Assembly: GCF_963921235.1 (NCBI RefSeq) | Contig: NC_086108.1 | Location: 102,302,001-102,366,000, forward strand | Direction of reading: 5' to 3' | Length of the DNA stretch: 64,000 bases | Origin: Mobula hypostoma | Lineage: Eukaryota | Shown: piece by piece, positions 38,101 through 50,100 of the stretch | Layout of the letters: every line of letters begins with the position of its first letter | Position numbering within the stretch: the first letter of the stretch is position 1 | Position numbers and translations under genes: made by a program | Notes under the pieces: generated by a model | What the model was told of the DNA's origin: nothing | Database searches by the model: none | The model's input: only the letters and a program-made list of their open reading frames with translations

Positions 38101-41100
38101 GATAACATGCCTCATTGGAACAGAAGGACCTGTTACTGTGCTGTATCTCTAAATTAATAATAAAAATAAAGTCACTCTGAAATACTTCATTCATTCACAT
38201 TTGGCATTCCTAAGTATTGGTGTAATGATCCGAATGAATTCAGAAAGGAAGCTGGTTTTCTTATTCGTCATTGACTTTGCACAGAAGGCAGTTTCTTGTT
38301 CTTTCAAATGAACACAACCTTCCTCACGATCGAGAACATCTTCAAAAAGCGGTGGCTCAAGAAGGCGGTATCCATCATTAGAGATCCTTACTATCCAGGA
38401 CATTCCCTCCTCTCATCAGAGAGGAGGTGTAGGAGAACGAAGACCCACACTCAGCATTTTAGGAGCACTTTCTTCCCCTCAGCCATGATTTCTAAATGGT
38501 CCACGAACCCATGAACACTCCCTTACTATAAAAACAAGCAAGTCCAAAAACTAAAGCAACACACATAAAACGCTGGAGGAATTCAGCAGGTCACGCAGCT
38601 TCTATGGAGGTGAATAAACAGTTGACATTTTGGGCCGAGACTCTTCATCAGGATCTTGCTATTCTTCTTTCACATGAGTTTTTTATATATGTATTGAATT
38701 GAATTGAATTGACTTTATTACTTATATCCTTCACATACATGAGGAGTAAAAATCTTTACATTACATCTGTCTAAATGTGCAATTTATTGTAATTTATAAT
38801 AAATAGTATGTACAACAGGACAGTCAATATAACATAAAATACAGTTGTGTCAGCATGAATTAAGCAATCTGATAGCCTGGTGGAAGAAGCTGTCCCAGAG
38901 CCTGCTGGTCCTGGGTTTTATGCTGTGGTACTGTTTCCCAGATGGTAGCAGCTAGAACAGATTGTGGTTGGGGTAACTTGGGTCCCCAATGATCCCTTGG
39001 GCCCTTTTTACACACCTGTCTTTGTAAATGTCCTGAATAGTGGGAAGTTCACATCTACAGATGCACTGGGCTGTCCACACCACTCTCTGCAGAGTCCTGC
39101 GATTGAGGGAAGTACAGTTCCCATACCAGGCAGTGATGCAGCCAGTCAGGATGCTCTCAATTGTGCCCCTATAGAAAGTTCTTAGGATTTGGGGCCACAC
39201 CAAACTTCTTCAACCATCTGAGGTGAAAGGGGTGCTGTAGTGCCTTTTTCACCACACAGCCAGTATGTACAGATCACGTGAGATCCTCGGTGATGTTTAT
39301 GCCAATGAACTTAAAGCTGTTCACCCTGTCAACCCTAGATCCATTGATGTCAATGGGGGTTAGCCTGTCTCCATTCCTCCTGTAGTCCACAACCAGCTCC
39401 TTTGTTTTTGTGACATTGAGGGAGAGGTTGTTTTCTTGACACCACTGTGTCAGGGTGGTGACTTCTTCCCTGTCGGCTGCCTCATTTTTATTTGAGATTA
39501 GGCCAACCAGTGTAGTGTCGTCAGCAAATTTAATTCTCAGATTAGAGCTGTGGGTGGTGACACAGTCATCGGTATGCAGAGAGTAAAGGAGGGGGCTTAG
39601 TACACAGATTCAATGTAAGTGGCTTTTATTAATTATTTTGTGTTTGCTCTGGGCAGCTGCCACAAAACAACATAATAAATCTGATACTGGTTCTTACAGC
39701 ATTTAAAAAGTAAAGTCTTAAAAGCCGAGAGGAATGCTAAAGAAGTTTCAGAGATGTGCCAGAAAGAAAAGGTAAGCAGACAGAGGAGTTCTTGTTTAAT
39801 CAGGAAAAGAGAGTAATTATTGTCAGTGTTGGTCTTTGCTTTAACCAAATGTAACTTCTTTTCCAGGATAATTCTTTCTTTGCAAAGCAGCTTTCAAAAT
39901 CCATTGGAGCAACCCAAGCTCATCTACAGGGACAACTTCAAAATAAAGAGGCTGAGAGTGACAGGATGTTAGCTCAGATACTTGTAAGTTGCCTGGTAAA
40001 ACACAGCAATTCTATAAGGGGACCACAGAAATTTAAAATATTGCAGTATAGTCGCCTCTAATTATTTTACAGTGATTTAGCGCAATTGAAAAGTGACCCA
40101 ATCTTGAGAAAACCAGTGGCTATCGTTTGCACTTTTGTGAAAACACTAACTAGTTAATGATTTTAATCAGCAATACTGTGGGTTTGTATGTGGAAAATCC
40201 CCATATCCAGCTAATGAGTAGGCTGATGTACAGTTATAATTGTTGCATCTAATAATCTTACACATGAATTCGGCATTGCTAATATAAACTCTGAACTGAT
40301 CCATATGGAACTGGTGATAAATCACACAATGCAATAATCAGAGGTGATTCGTATATGCAAGTTGTTGATAGGGAGAGACATAATTAATTATTCAGTAAAA
40401 GGACATTCTTGACACTGAGCCTAACATAGTCTCTGATAATGTTGACTTCTGAATGTAATGGTGCTATAAATCCCGTTTTATAGGGGCCATCTTCAAACCT
40501 TCTGCATGAAGCTGTCAAACCATACACCTCTGCCTTCATTTCCTTCAGATTAGCAAGGTGCGAAAAGTTTGAGTTAACTCATCAGTGAATTTAGTGGTGG
40601 GGGAGGTTGCTCTGCTAAAAAGTGCTCTCTGATTTGTGGATGACAAAGTAGCTCAGGTAGTAAAGCCACTGCCTCACAGCCCCAGAAATCCAAGTTCAAT
40701 CCTTACCTTGGGTGTTGTCTGTGTGGAGTTTGCATGATCTTCCGATGATAGTGCAGATTTTCTCTCTGGGGTGGTAGATTAATTGGTCATTGTAAGTTAT
40801 CACTGGTGTGTGGGGGGTAAAATTAAAAATTGGATTAATGCAGGATTTCTTAATATAAGGTACAAAAATGCACCAGTGTACATCGGCAATTCTCTGCGGG
40901 CTGCAGGACTGTTCTATAGATTTGTGAAGTATGCCCACAGAAAAAGAATCTCAGGGTTGTATATGGTGACACATACGTACTCTGATAATAAATTTTACTT
41001 TAAACTTTGAACTTTTGAAAGTTGATATTAATAGGATTAGAATTAATGTGGCGGATGGGTAGTGTCCAGGAAGGGGTAGCACCTCTGGTGAAGGTGCTTG

Positions 41101-44100
41101 TTGTGTCCACTCCAGGGCAGCTCACTCACCTTTGGTCCACACTGGACATTTAGCTTGTTCGTACCACTGGACCTGGACTTCTGAGGTCAAGAGAGTGTAA
41201 TGGCATTTCCACTTTAAAAATTCTCCCACACAGGTTTCCTGTCATTATCAAAGGTAACGGACAACCACCAGTAAATGTGGGTTAGCGTAAATAGATAGTT
41301 GATAGTCATCGTAGACTCAATGAGCTGTGGGGCTTGTTCCCTTGCTGTATTCCTCCATGATTCTAAGAAAGAGAGGGGTGGACGTGTGCAGATGAAGACA
41401 ACAAGGTCACGGAATCAGTGGCTGAGATAAGGGGCTATAATTTTTTTGGAGGTTATGGGTGAGAATTGAGGCATTAAAAACACTTGAAATTCTGGCTGCA
41501 TTGGTTTCTTTAAGTATACCTATGAGTCGGCAAGTAGATCTGGTTTTCTGAAGTACAGTTAATATTGAATCTCGCTACTGGTAAATTTATATTGTAGTGG
41601 GAGTCCATTGGGTGTCAGGTCCTTCATTTCCAAAGTACAGAAAGAGTAGTTTATGCATGGACATTCTTAGTCACAATTTTTTTTTAAATCCAAAATGGTA
41701 TGAACAGACTCCTCACCTATGAATATGTGTTTCCTTGCCACCATTTTGAAGCCCTGGTGCCCAAATTTCTGTGTCACAGCCTGTCGTTGATTTCATCCAA
41801 GGACATTCTTGGTCACATTTTTTTCTTAATCCAAAATAGCATGAGTTAACTCCTCGTGTGAGCATGTGTTGCCTTGCCAACCATTTTGGAGGCCCAGTGC
41901 TCAAATTTCTGTGTCACAGCTCGTGACACAGGCTTCGATACATTGGATAAAGTGAGGAATGGGTTTTAGAATAAAGTTGAACAATGGCTCCAATTTTTGA
42001 GGCCTTGGGATACTTAGGAACTTCTGCATAGCACTGACTAGATGGGCTGAAAAGCCTGTTTCTGTGTCATCGTGCTCTGTGACTTTATAAATTGAAAATA
42101 TCACACAAATAAACTGAAGCAATGACTCTTGTTTTTTTTTAAATCACATCCACAATGTTGCACAGTTTGCATGGCCAATGTCATTCAGATAATCTTTAAC
42201 AAGTCTTTGGTGGGAAGCCAATAATTTACAGTATATTGGAACAGGTGGTCTGTACTCTTACTAAGACAGACACTGCAAGTAAAAATTCGGCCAACATTGT
42301 TAGTCAGAGCTGGGGAGCAGCCAATACCTGCCAAAAGAACATCTACTGGCATTCTGACCTCTGCAAGGGACTGGCAGCTGTTGCTGGACCTCGAACGGCA
42401 GCTGAAGTTCCCCAACCATATCGCAGCCACCACCCTGCGACCAGACATTGTCCTAGTGTCTGAGTCTACTAAGCAAGTGGTGCTGCTGGAGCTGACAGTC
42501 CCATGGGAAGATCGCTTGGAAGAGGCCTTTGAAAGGAAGCTCTCCAAGTACGCAGGACTGGTCAGCGACTGTCAGCAGGCTGGATGGAGAGTGAGGTGTC
42601 TCCCAGTGGAGGTTGGTTGTAGAGGATTCGCAGCCCGTTCCTTAGTTAGAGCCTTCAGCAATTTGGGCATCGAAGGAGAGAGGAAGAGGAGAGCCATCCG
42701 CAGTACCACCGACGTGGCAGAGAGGGCCTCAAGATGGCTGTGGCTCAAAAGAGGGGAGCCATGGAATCATAAGTAGCCAGCCATCTGGACACAAGCTGGG
42801 GTCTGATCAGCTCCGGCTGGGTCACCTGGAGGAGGGTGTATGATGTTGAAAGACCCGAAACACCCGATGATTCCAGGAACGTCACTGAAGATGTGTCCAG
42901 AGGCATCAATAGATGTATGTACACAGCAGTAATCTTCAGCTCTAGAAACCCTGGAAATTGCGACATTGTGGTTTGGACTAGGATACCAATTCATCAGAAA
43001 TGATGAAACATGGGCTGCACTTTAAGTGTATGTTAGAGCTGCAAACTGTTTCAGAATTGTAGTTCTAATATACCAGTATTGTGGGATTTGTTATCTATAT
43101 TTAGCATTCTCCCTTTGAGAAGGGCTGAATCAAATTAGGTTACAGAAGCATTTCTATCTTTCTAACTAGTCAAGATAGGAATCTTGCAACCAAATCTAAA
43201 TAAAGACACATAGTATATGATCTTTCAAGTTAACCTTTTTAAGATAACTGGATATTTTGAAATTGAATAATGTCATTAATGTGGATGTTAGAAGAGCAAG
43301 GGAATGGAGGTCGACTACAGGTTACTGTCACCCCCACATCATCTGTCTCAGTAACAAGGGCAGGTGATTAGACAACACTGGGCTGCATAGTAGCTTGTCT
43401 GCTGAGATGACAGCATCTGCTCCTAATGGGAGTCTGTGTTAATCCCCAAGAGAAAGGACGATGTTTGTTTTGAGCAGTGAAGCAGACAGAATAAAGTAAT
43501 CTGACGTACAGGTTCCTGCTGGTAGAGAGAAGCAGGTTTGAAAACATGTTGGAAGTTGAATTGTGGCATTTCAAACGGCAGTGATTCATTACTTGGACAA
43601 TGAAGATGTTAATCTAATATAACTGTAATAAATTGCAGGAGAGGAGCAAAAATCACTGAAATCTATATGTGGCCTATGTTACTTAGAGAGCCTTTACTAG
43701 CTGCAGTAGGTAACAGGCAGGCTAGGCTGGATGGTTTCTGTGAAAAGTAACATATAGATGTTTTTAATTAGAGACACAGTGTAGTAACAAGCCCTTCTGG
43801 CCCAATGAGCCCACACTGCCCAATTACACCATGTAACCAATTAACCTACTAATCCATACGTCTTTAGAATGTGAAAGGAAACTGGAGCACTCAGAGTCAC
43901 AGGGAAAACATACAAACTCATTACAAAATTGAACCTGGGTTTATGGTAAACCATTGCATTAACTCCTTCACTACCTTACCACCTTACAATCCTGAAAGCC
44001 CATGCAAATACTGCAGAGTATATCATTATCAGATAATAGCAAAACTAATAGAGTTTGTGGGTAAAATTAACTTGCCTGCTACTTGTGTAGCCTGGGATAA

Positions 44101-47100
44101 AGTAGAAATTAAAAAATGGTGGAAATACTCAGCAAGTCAGGACGTATCTGTGAATCAAGAAGCAGAGGTATGTTTCAGATTGAAGACCATCAGAACTGGG
44201 AAAAAGGCAAAAGAAGCTTGTTAAGCTTCAAGACCAATGGGAGTGGTGGGAGTAAATGTCTTTGATTAAGTACATGCTGGATATACCTGGCGGACAAGTT
44301 ATACACAAGGGTATTTGGTCTGTGAGTAAATGGAAGCAGTTGGAGTGCAAAGATCTCTCTCTCTCTCCCTCCCTCCATCCCTCTCTCCCTCATTAGCTTC
44401 CATCATTAGGGACTGTCACCTCTGAGACAAGGCCTTTTCTTCTTCCTACAATCAGAGAGAAGTACAAAAGTCTGAAGACCCACGCTCAATGATTTAGGAA
44501 CAGATCCTTCCCCTTCGCCATTAGATTTCTGAATGGTCCCTGAACCCTTGAACACTATTCCTTTTTTTTTTGAACTGTTTATTTTGTAATTTATGGTAAT
44601 TTCTATGGCTTTGCATTATAGTCCTACAGTGTAACAGCAAATTTCTTGACGTATGAGTCAGTGATAAACCCAATTCAGATTCTTGTAGAAGATGAGGTGT
44701 CACTGGTCCTCACTGAAACAGTACAGGAGGCTGCAGACCCAATAGTTTGGAGTGTGTGTGGGATGTTGAATTAAAGTGGCAGGCACCAGGAGCTCAGAGA
44801 GGCCACAGAGCAGTCACCCTATCTGCATTTGGTTTCTCCAATGCAGAGAAGACAACATTGTGAATACATAGCTTTGCAGATCATCATGACTTGGAATTCT
44901 TGGTATTCTCAAAGCTTTCTTTGAAATTCTAGTAGTTATCTTTACTATGTAACCTGTTGTGCATATTTTTAATTTCCATTTTTGTGAATACTGTACTTGC
45001 TTATTACAATTTTCACTTGCATACTCCAGAGGGTGGTTTGCAGATATTGGGTGAATTGTCAACATATCTTCGACATTTCAGAGGCTTGAGAGGACAATAA
45101 TGGACAAGAGGTTACAGATTGAGCACCTGAGGGCACTGATATCGACTGTGAAAGATAAAATTAAAGAGGACAAAACTGTCTTAAAGAAGGCAGCACAAAC
45201 TCAAAAAAGAAGAGCAGAGAGATTTGAAGCTGCCATGGGAAACCTTAATTCTCAAATGAAAGACAAGGTATCTTATGAATTTAATGTTTCTGTAAAAGCA
45301 CTTTTCTTCCGTTTCTTCCATTTCAACATAAAGATGAAAATATTTGTATTCTAACAGTAGGCCAGTGATTTATCTCTGCATGTCTGAAACATATTGATTT
45401 AAAAAAAAGAGCTCTAATCTTGTTTAAAAACGTAAACACGAGGAATTCTGCAGATGCTGGAAATTCAAGCAACACACATCAAAGTTGCTGGTGAATGCAG
45501 CAAGCCAGGTAGCATCTCTAGGAAGAGCTACAGTCGAAGTTTTGAGCCAAGATCCTGACGAAGGGTCTTGGCCCGAAACGTCAACTGTACCTCTTCCTAG
45601 CGATGCTGCCTAGCGATGCTGCCTAGCCTGCTGCGTTCACCAGCAACTTTGATATGTGTTGCTCTAATCTTGTTAATTTGTTTGTCATCTTCCAGTGTTG
45701 TTGAATGTGCATTGAGAAAATAAAATTAACAGGGAAGCACTCAATCTGTAAGCTGGGCTCCCAATCACTACAATCACCCACTCTCCCAGCTTAAGGAACT
45801 TTGCATGGCTGGAGTTCCACACTGTCACCCAGAAAGATTGGATTGAAGATTGGCCCTGTAGTTTCGTTTGTTATGTGCCATGTCCTTTGACATGGGTGAT
45901 CATGGTCTTTCCATGACTATGATTGTTCTCGGCAAACTTTTTTTATAGAAGAGGTTTGCTGTTGCCTTCTTCTGGGCAGTGCCTTTACAAGACAGATGAC
46001 CCCAGCCATTATCAATACACTTCAGGGATTGTCTGCCTGGTGTCAGTGGTCACATAACCAGGATTTGCTATAGGCACCAGCCACTCATATGCAATCCACC
46101 ATCTGCTCCCATGGCCTCACGTGACCCTGATCGGTGGGTGGGGGGGGTGCTAAGCAGGTGCTACACCTTGCCCAATGGCGACCTGCAGGCTAGCATAGAA
46201 CCATAGAACCGAAGAACACTACAGCACAGAAAACAGGCCATTCAGCCCTTCTAGTCTGAGCCGAAACTTTATTCCGCTAGTCCCATTGACCTGCATCCAG
46301 TCCATATCCCTCCAGACCTCTGCCATCTATGTATCTATCCAATTATTCTTAAAACTTAAGAGTGCGGCCACATTTACCGCGTCAGATGGCAGCTCGTTCC
46401 ACACTCCCACCACTCTCTGAGTGAAGAAGTTCCCCCTAATGTTCCCCCTAAACCTTTCCCCTTTCTCCCTAAAGCCATGTCCTCTCGTATTTATCTCTCC
46501 TAATCTAAGTGGAAAGAGCCTTCTCGCATTTACTCTGTCTATACACCTTCATAATTTTGTAAACCTCTATCAAATCTCCCCTCATTCTTCTACGCTTCAA
46601 GGAATGAAGTCCTAACCTGTTCAATCTTTCCCTGTAACTCAACTCCTGAAGACCCAGCAACAGCCTAGTAAATCTTCTCTGCACTCTTTCAATCTTACTG
46701 ATATCCTTCCTATAGTTAGGCGACCAGAACTGTACACAACACTCCAAATTTGGCCTCACCAATGTCTTATACAACCTCACCATAACATCCCAACTCCTAT
46801 ACTCAATGCTTTGATTTATGAATGCCAGGATGCCAAAAGCCTTCTTGACAACCTTGTCTACCTGTGACGCCACTTTCAGGGAATTATGTATCTGATCTCC
46901 CAGATTTCTTTGTTCCTCCGCACTCCTCAGTGCCCTACCATTTACTGTGCATGTCCTACCTTGATTTGTCCTTCCAAATTGCAACACCTCACACTTGTCT
47001 GCATTAAATTCCATCTGCCATTTTCTGGCCCATTTTTCCAGTTGGTCCAGATCCCTCTGCAAGCTTTGAAAGCCTTCCTCGCTGTCCACAACACCTCCAA

Positions 47101-50100
47101 TCTTAGTGTCATCAAAGGATCAAAGGGAAGGACTGCCTTATGTCTCCTTAATCGAGACGTTCCTCCCCACCACCCTGACTCTGTGCTACATCACGAGGTA
47201 CAGACTGGAGGCTTCTGTGTGCCACAGGTTCAGTGCTGCGACCTTTGTAATTTATATCAATGATTTAGATGTGAGTGTATGAGGCATGGTTAGTGAGTTG
47301 TTAGGAGAGGTTGTAAAGACTATGACTTTTAATCCTGGAATGAAGGAGTGACCTGATAAAAGATATCCAAGATCATGAGGGGTATAAACAATGAGAAAAT
47401 ACATAATGCTGCTCCCAGGAAGGTGATTCATGAGGGGTATAAACAATGTGAAAATACATAATGCTGCTCCCAGGAAGGTGATGCTAAAAACAAGTAGACA
47501 GAGGTTTAGGATCAGAGGTAATAAATTCAAAAGGGACATTGCGGCAGCTTCTTCATGCAAAGGGTGGTATTTTTTTAAATTACTTACTGGAAATCGAGAC
47601 AGACACATCAGCAACATTTAAAAACCATCTAGGTGAGTAGATGGATAGGAAAGAATCAGAGGGCTATGAGCCAGATGCTGGGAATTAGTGCTGGCTCACT
47701 TGTAACACAGTCAGCATGGATGAGTTGGACTGAAGGGTCTGTCTGCATGCTGTATGACTCCACAGGATCAGTACAGAGTGGGGTCATACCCAGGATGACT
47801 TCTCCAACTCTTTGCTCTCAAAACAACCCTTTGTTCTGACATTGATGTGAATCTTTTCTTAGGAAATGAAATTATTGGAAGCACAAAGGACCCTTGATAG
47901 CTGGAACAGACAGTACAGTGCAGTTGCAGAGGACAAAGCCCAATTAGGAACTGAAGTCATTTCACTTTCCGGGTGAGTAGACATGATGTAGGGTTTGCTT
48001 AAAAATAATGAAATGTTGTTAATCTCAGTTCTGCTTAGACATAGATGATCACAGAGTGATACAGCATAGAAACAGGCCCCTCAGCCCAATAAGTCCATGT
48101 CAACCACAATGCCCATCCAAGACAGTCCCACTTACCTGCGTTTGGACCATAATCCTTCCTAATCCGTTTACCTTTTGTTATGGTATCTCCTTCAATCACT
48201 TCCTCGAGTTTGCTCAGCAGACTCAATGGGCCGAATGGTCTATTTCTGCCCCTTTGTCTTATGGTCTCTGGCAGCTGATACCACATATACATCGCCAAGT
48301 GGGCTTTCATTAGGCAGACCGTTGGATGGTTGTAGAGGATGCTCTTGAAGTATTGTGTTCAGTTTTGGTCTTCTTGCTACAGGTAAGTAGTTATTAAACT
48401 GGAAAGAGGGCAGAAAAGATTTACAAGGTGGTTACCAGGAGTCAAAGGACTCAGCTAATGGGAGAGGTTAGACAGACTAGGACTTTATACTCTAGGAGCA
48501 TAGGAGACTGGAGAGGTGTTTAAAATCATGAGGGACATTGATAGAATGCACTCAGCTTTTTCCCAGAGTTGAGGAATCAAGAACGAGAGGACTTAGATTA
48601 AGGTGAGAGGGGAAAGATTTAAGAGGAATTTAAGAATGACTTTTTACACAAAGTTTCAGTGACTTTTCTGATTTAGCAGCTAATTGTACTCTGATTGATT
48701 GTGCTTTTGTTTATTTTCTCTTAAGAGCCATAAATAAGCCAGGGTGCCCATTTGGAAAACAGCAAAGATAGTATAACAGGGACTTGTTCCCAATACTGAA
48801 TTACAGTACTGAGCAGAAGTCTTAGGCACACCTATATATAACTAGGGTGTGGCTAGGCATGGCTCAAATACCATCTATAAATTTGCTGATAATACAACCA
48901 TTGTTGGTAGAATCTCAGGTGGTGACGAGAGAGCGTACAGGAGTGAGATATGCCAACTAGTGGAATGGTGCCACAGCAACAACTTGGCACTCAATGTCAG
49001 TAAGACGAAAGAGCTGATTGTGGACTTCAGGGAGGGTAAGACGAAGAAACACATACCAGTTCTCATAGAGGGATCAGAAGTGGAGAGAGTGAGCAGTTTC
49101 AAGTTCCTGGGTGTCAAGATCTCTGATGATCTAACGTGGTCCCCAGATATCGATGTAGTTATAAAGAAGGCAAGGCAGCGGCTATATTTTATTAGAAGTT
49201 TGAAGAGATTTGTCATGTCAAGTACATTCAAAAACTTCTATAGTTGTACCACTGAGAGCATTCTGACAGGCTGCATCACTGGCTGGTATGGAGGGGCTAC
49301 TGCACAGGACCGAAAGAAGCTGCAGAGGGTTATAAATCTAGTCAGCTCCATCTTGGGTACTAGCCTATAAAGTATCCAGGACATCTTCAGGGAGCAGTGT
49401 TGCAGAAAGGTAGTGTCCATTATTAAGGACCTCCAGCACCCAGAGCAGTCCCTTTTCTCACTGTTACCATCGGGTAGGAGGTACAGAAGCTTGAACGCAC
49501 ACACTCAGCGCTTCAGGAAGAGCTTCTTCCCCTCTGCTATCCGATTCCTAAATGGACATTGAATCTTTGGATACTGCCTCAATTTTTTTTAATATACAGT
49601 AGCCGGATGGTGGCGTAGTGGCATCAGCACCGGAATTCAGAGTGAAGGCTCCCGAGTTCAAATCCAGCTGGCTCCCTTGCACGCTTTCCATCCGTGCTGG
49701 GTTGAGCGTCAAGCTTGCAACTCGGCCTAGTAACAATAAGAAAGCCTGCTAAAAAAATTACCATCATGATGGCTCCACTCAGAGTTAAGGGCTTTCTTCT
49801 TCTTCTTCATTTCTATTTTTGCACGTTTTTTTCATCTATTCAATATACATATACTGTAATTGATTTACTTGTTTATTTATTATTTTTTTTCTCTGCTACA
49901 TTATGTATTGCATTGAACTGCTGCTGTTAAGTTAATAAAATTTCATGTCACATGCCGGTGATAATAATTCTGATTCTGAAGACTTTTGCACAGTACTGTA
50001 TTTGTCAAAGTGAAATGAGGAGCAAGTCTGTAAACGTGGCAGCAGAAAAGGATGTTGGGAATGGCAAGAGTGGAGCACCATGGGAGAAATGTGGAACTGG

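Noticed and set aside
47373..47482. Tandem duplication of about 55 bp
   Set aside because: Local duplication inside a decayed CR1 fragment; no sign of function
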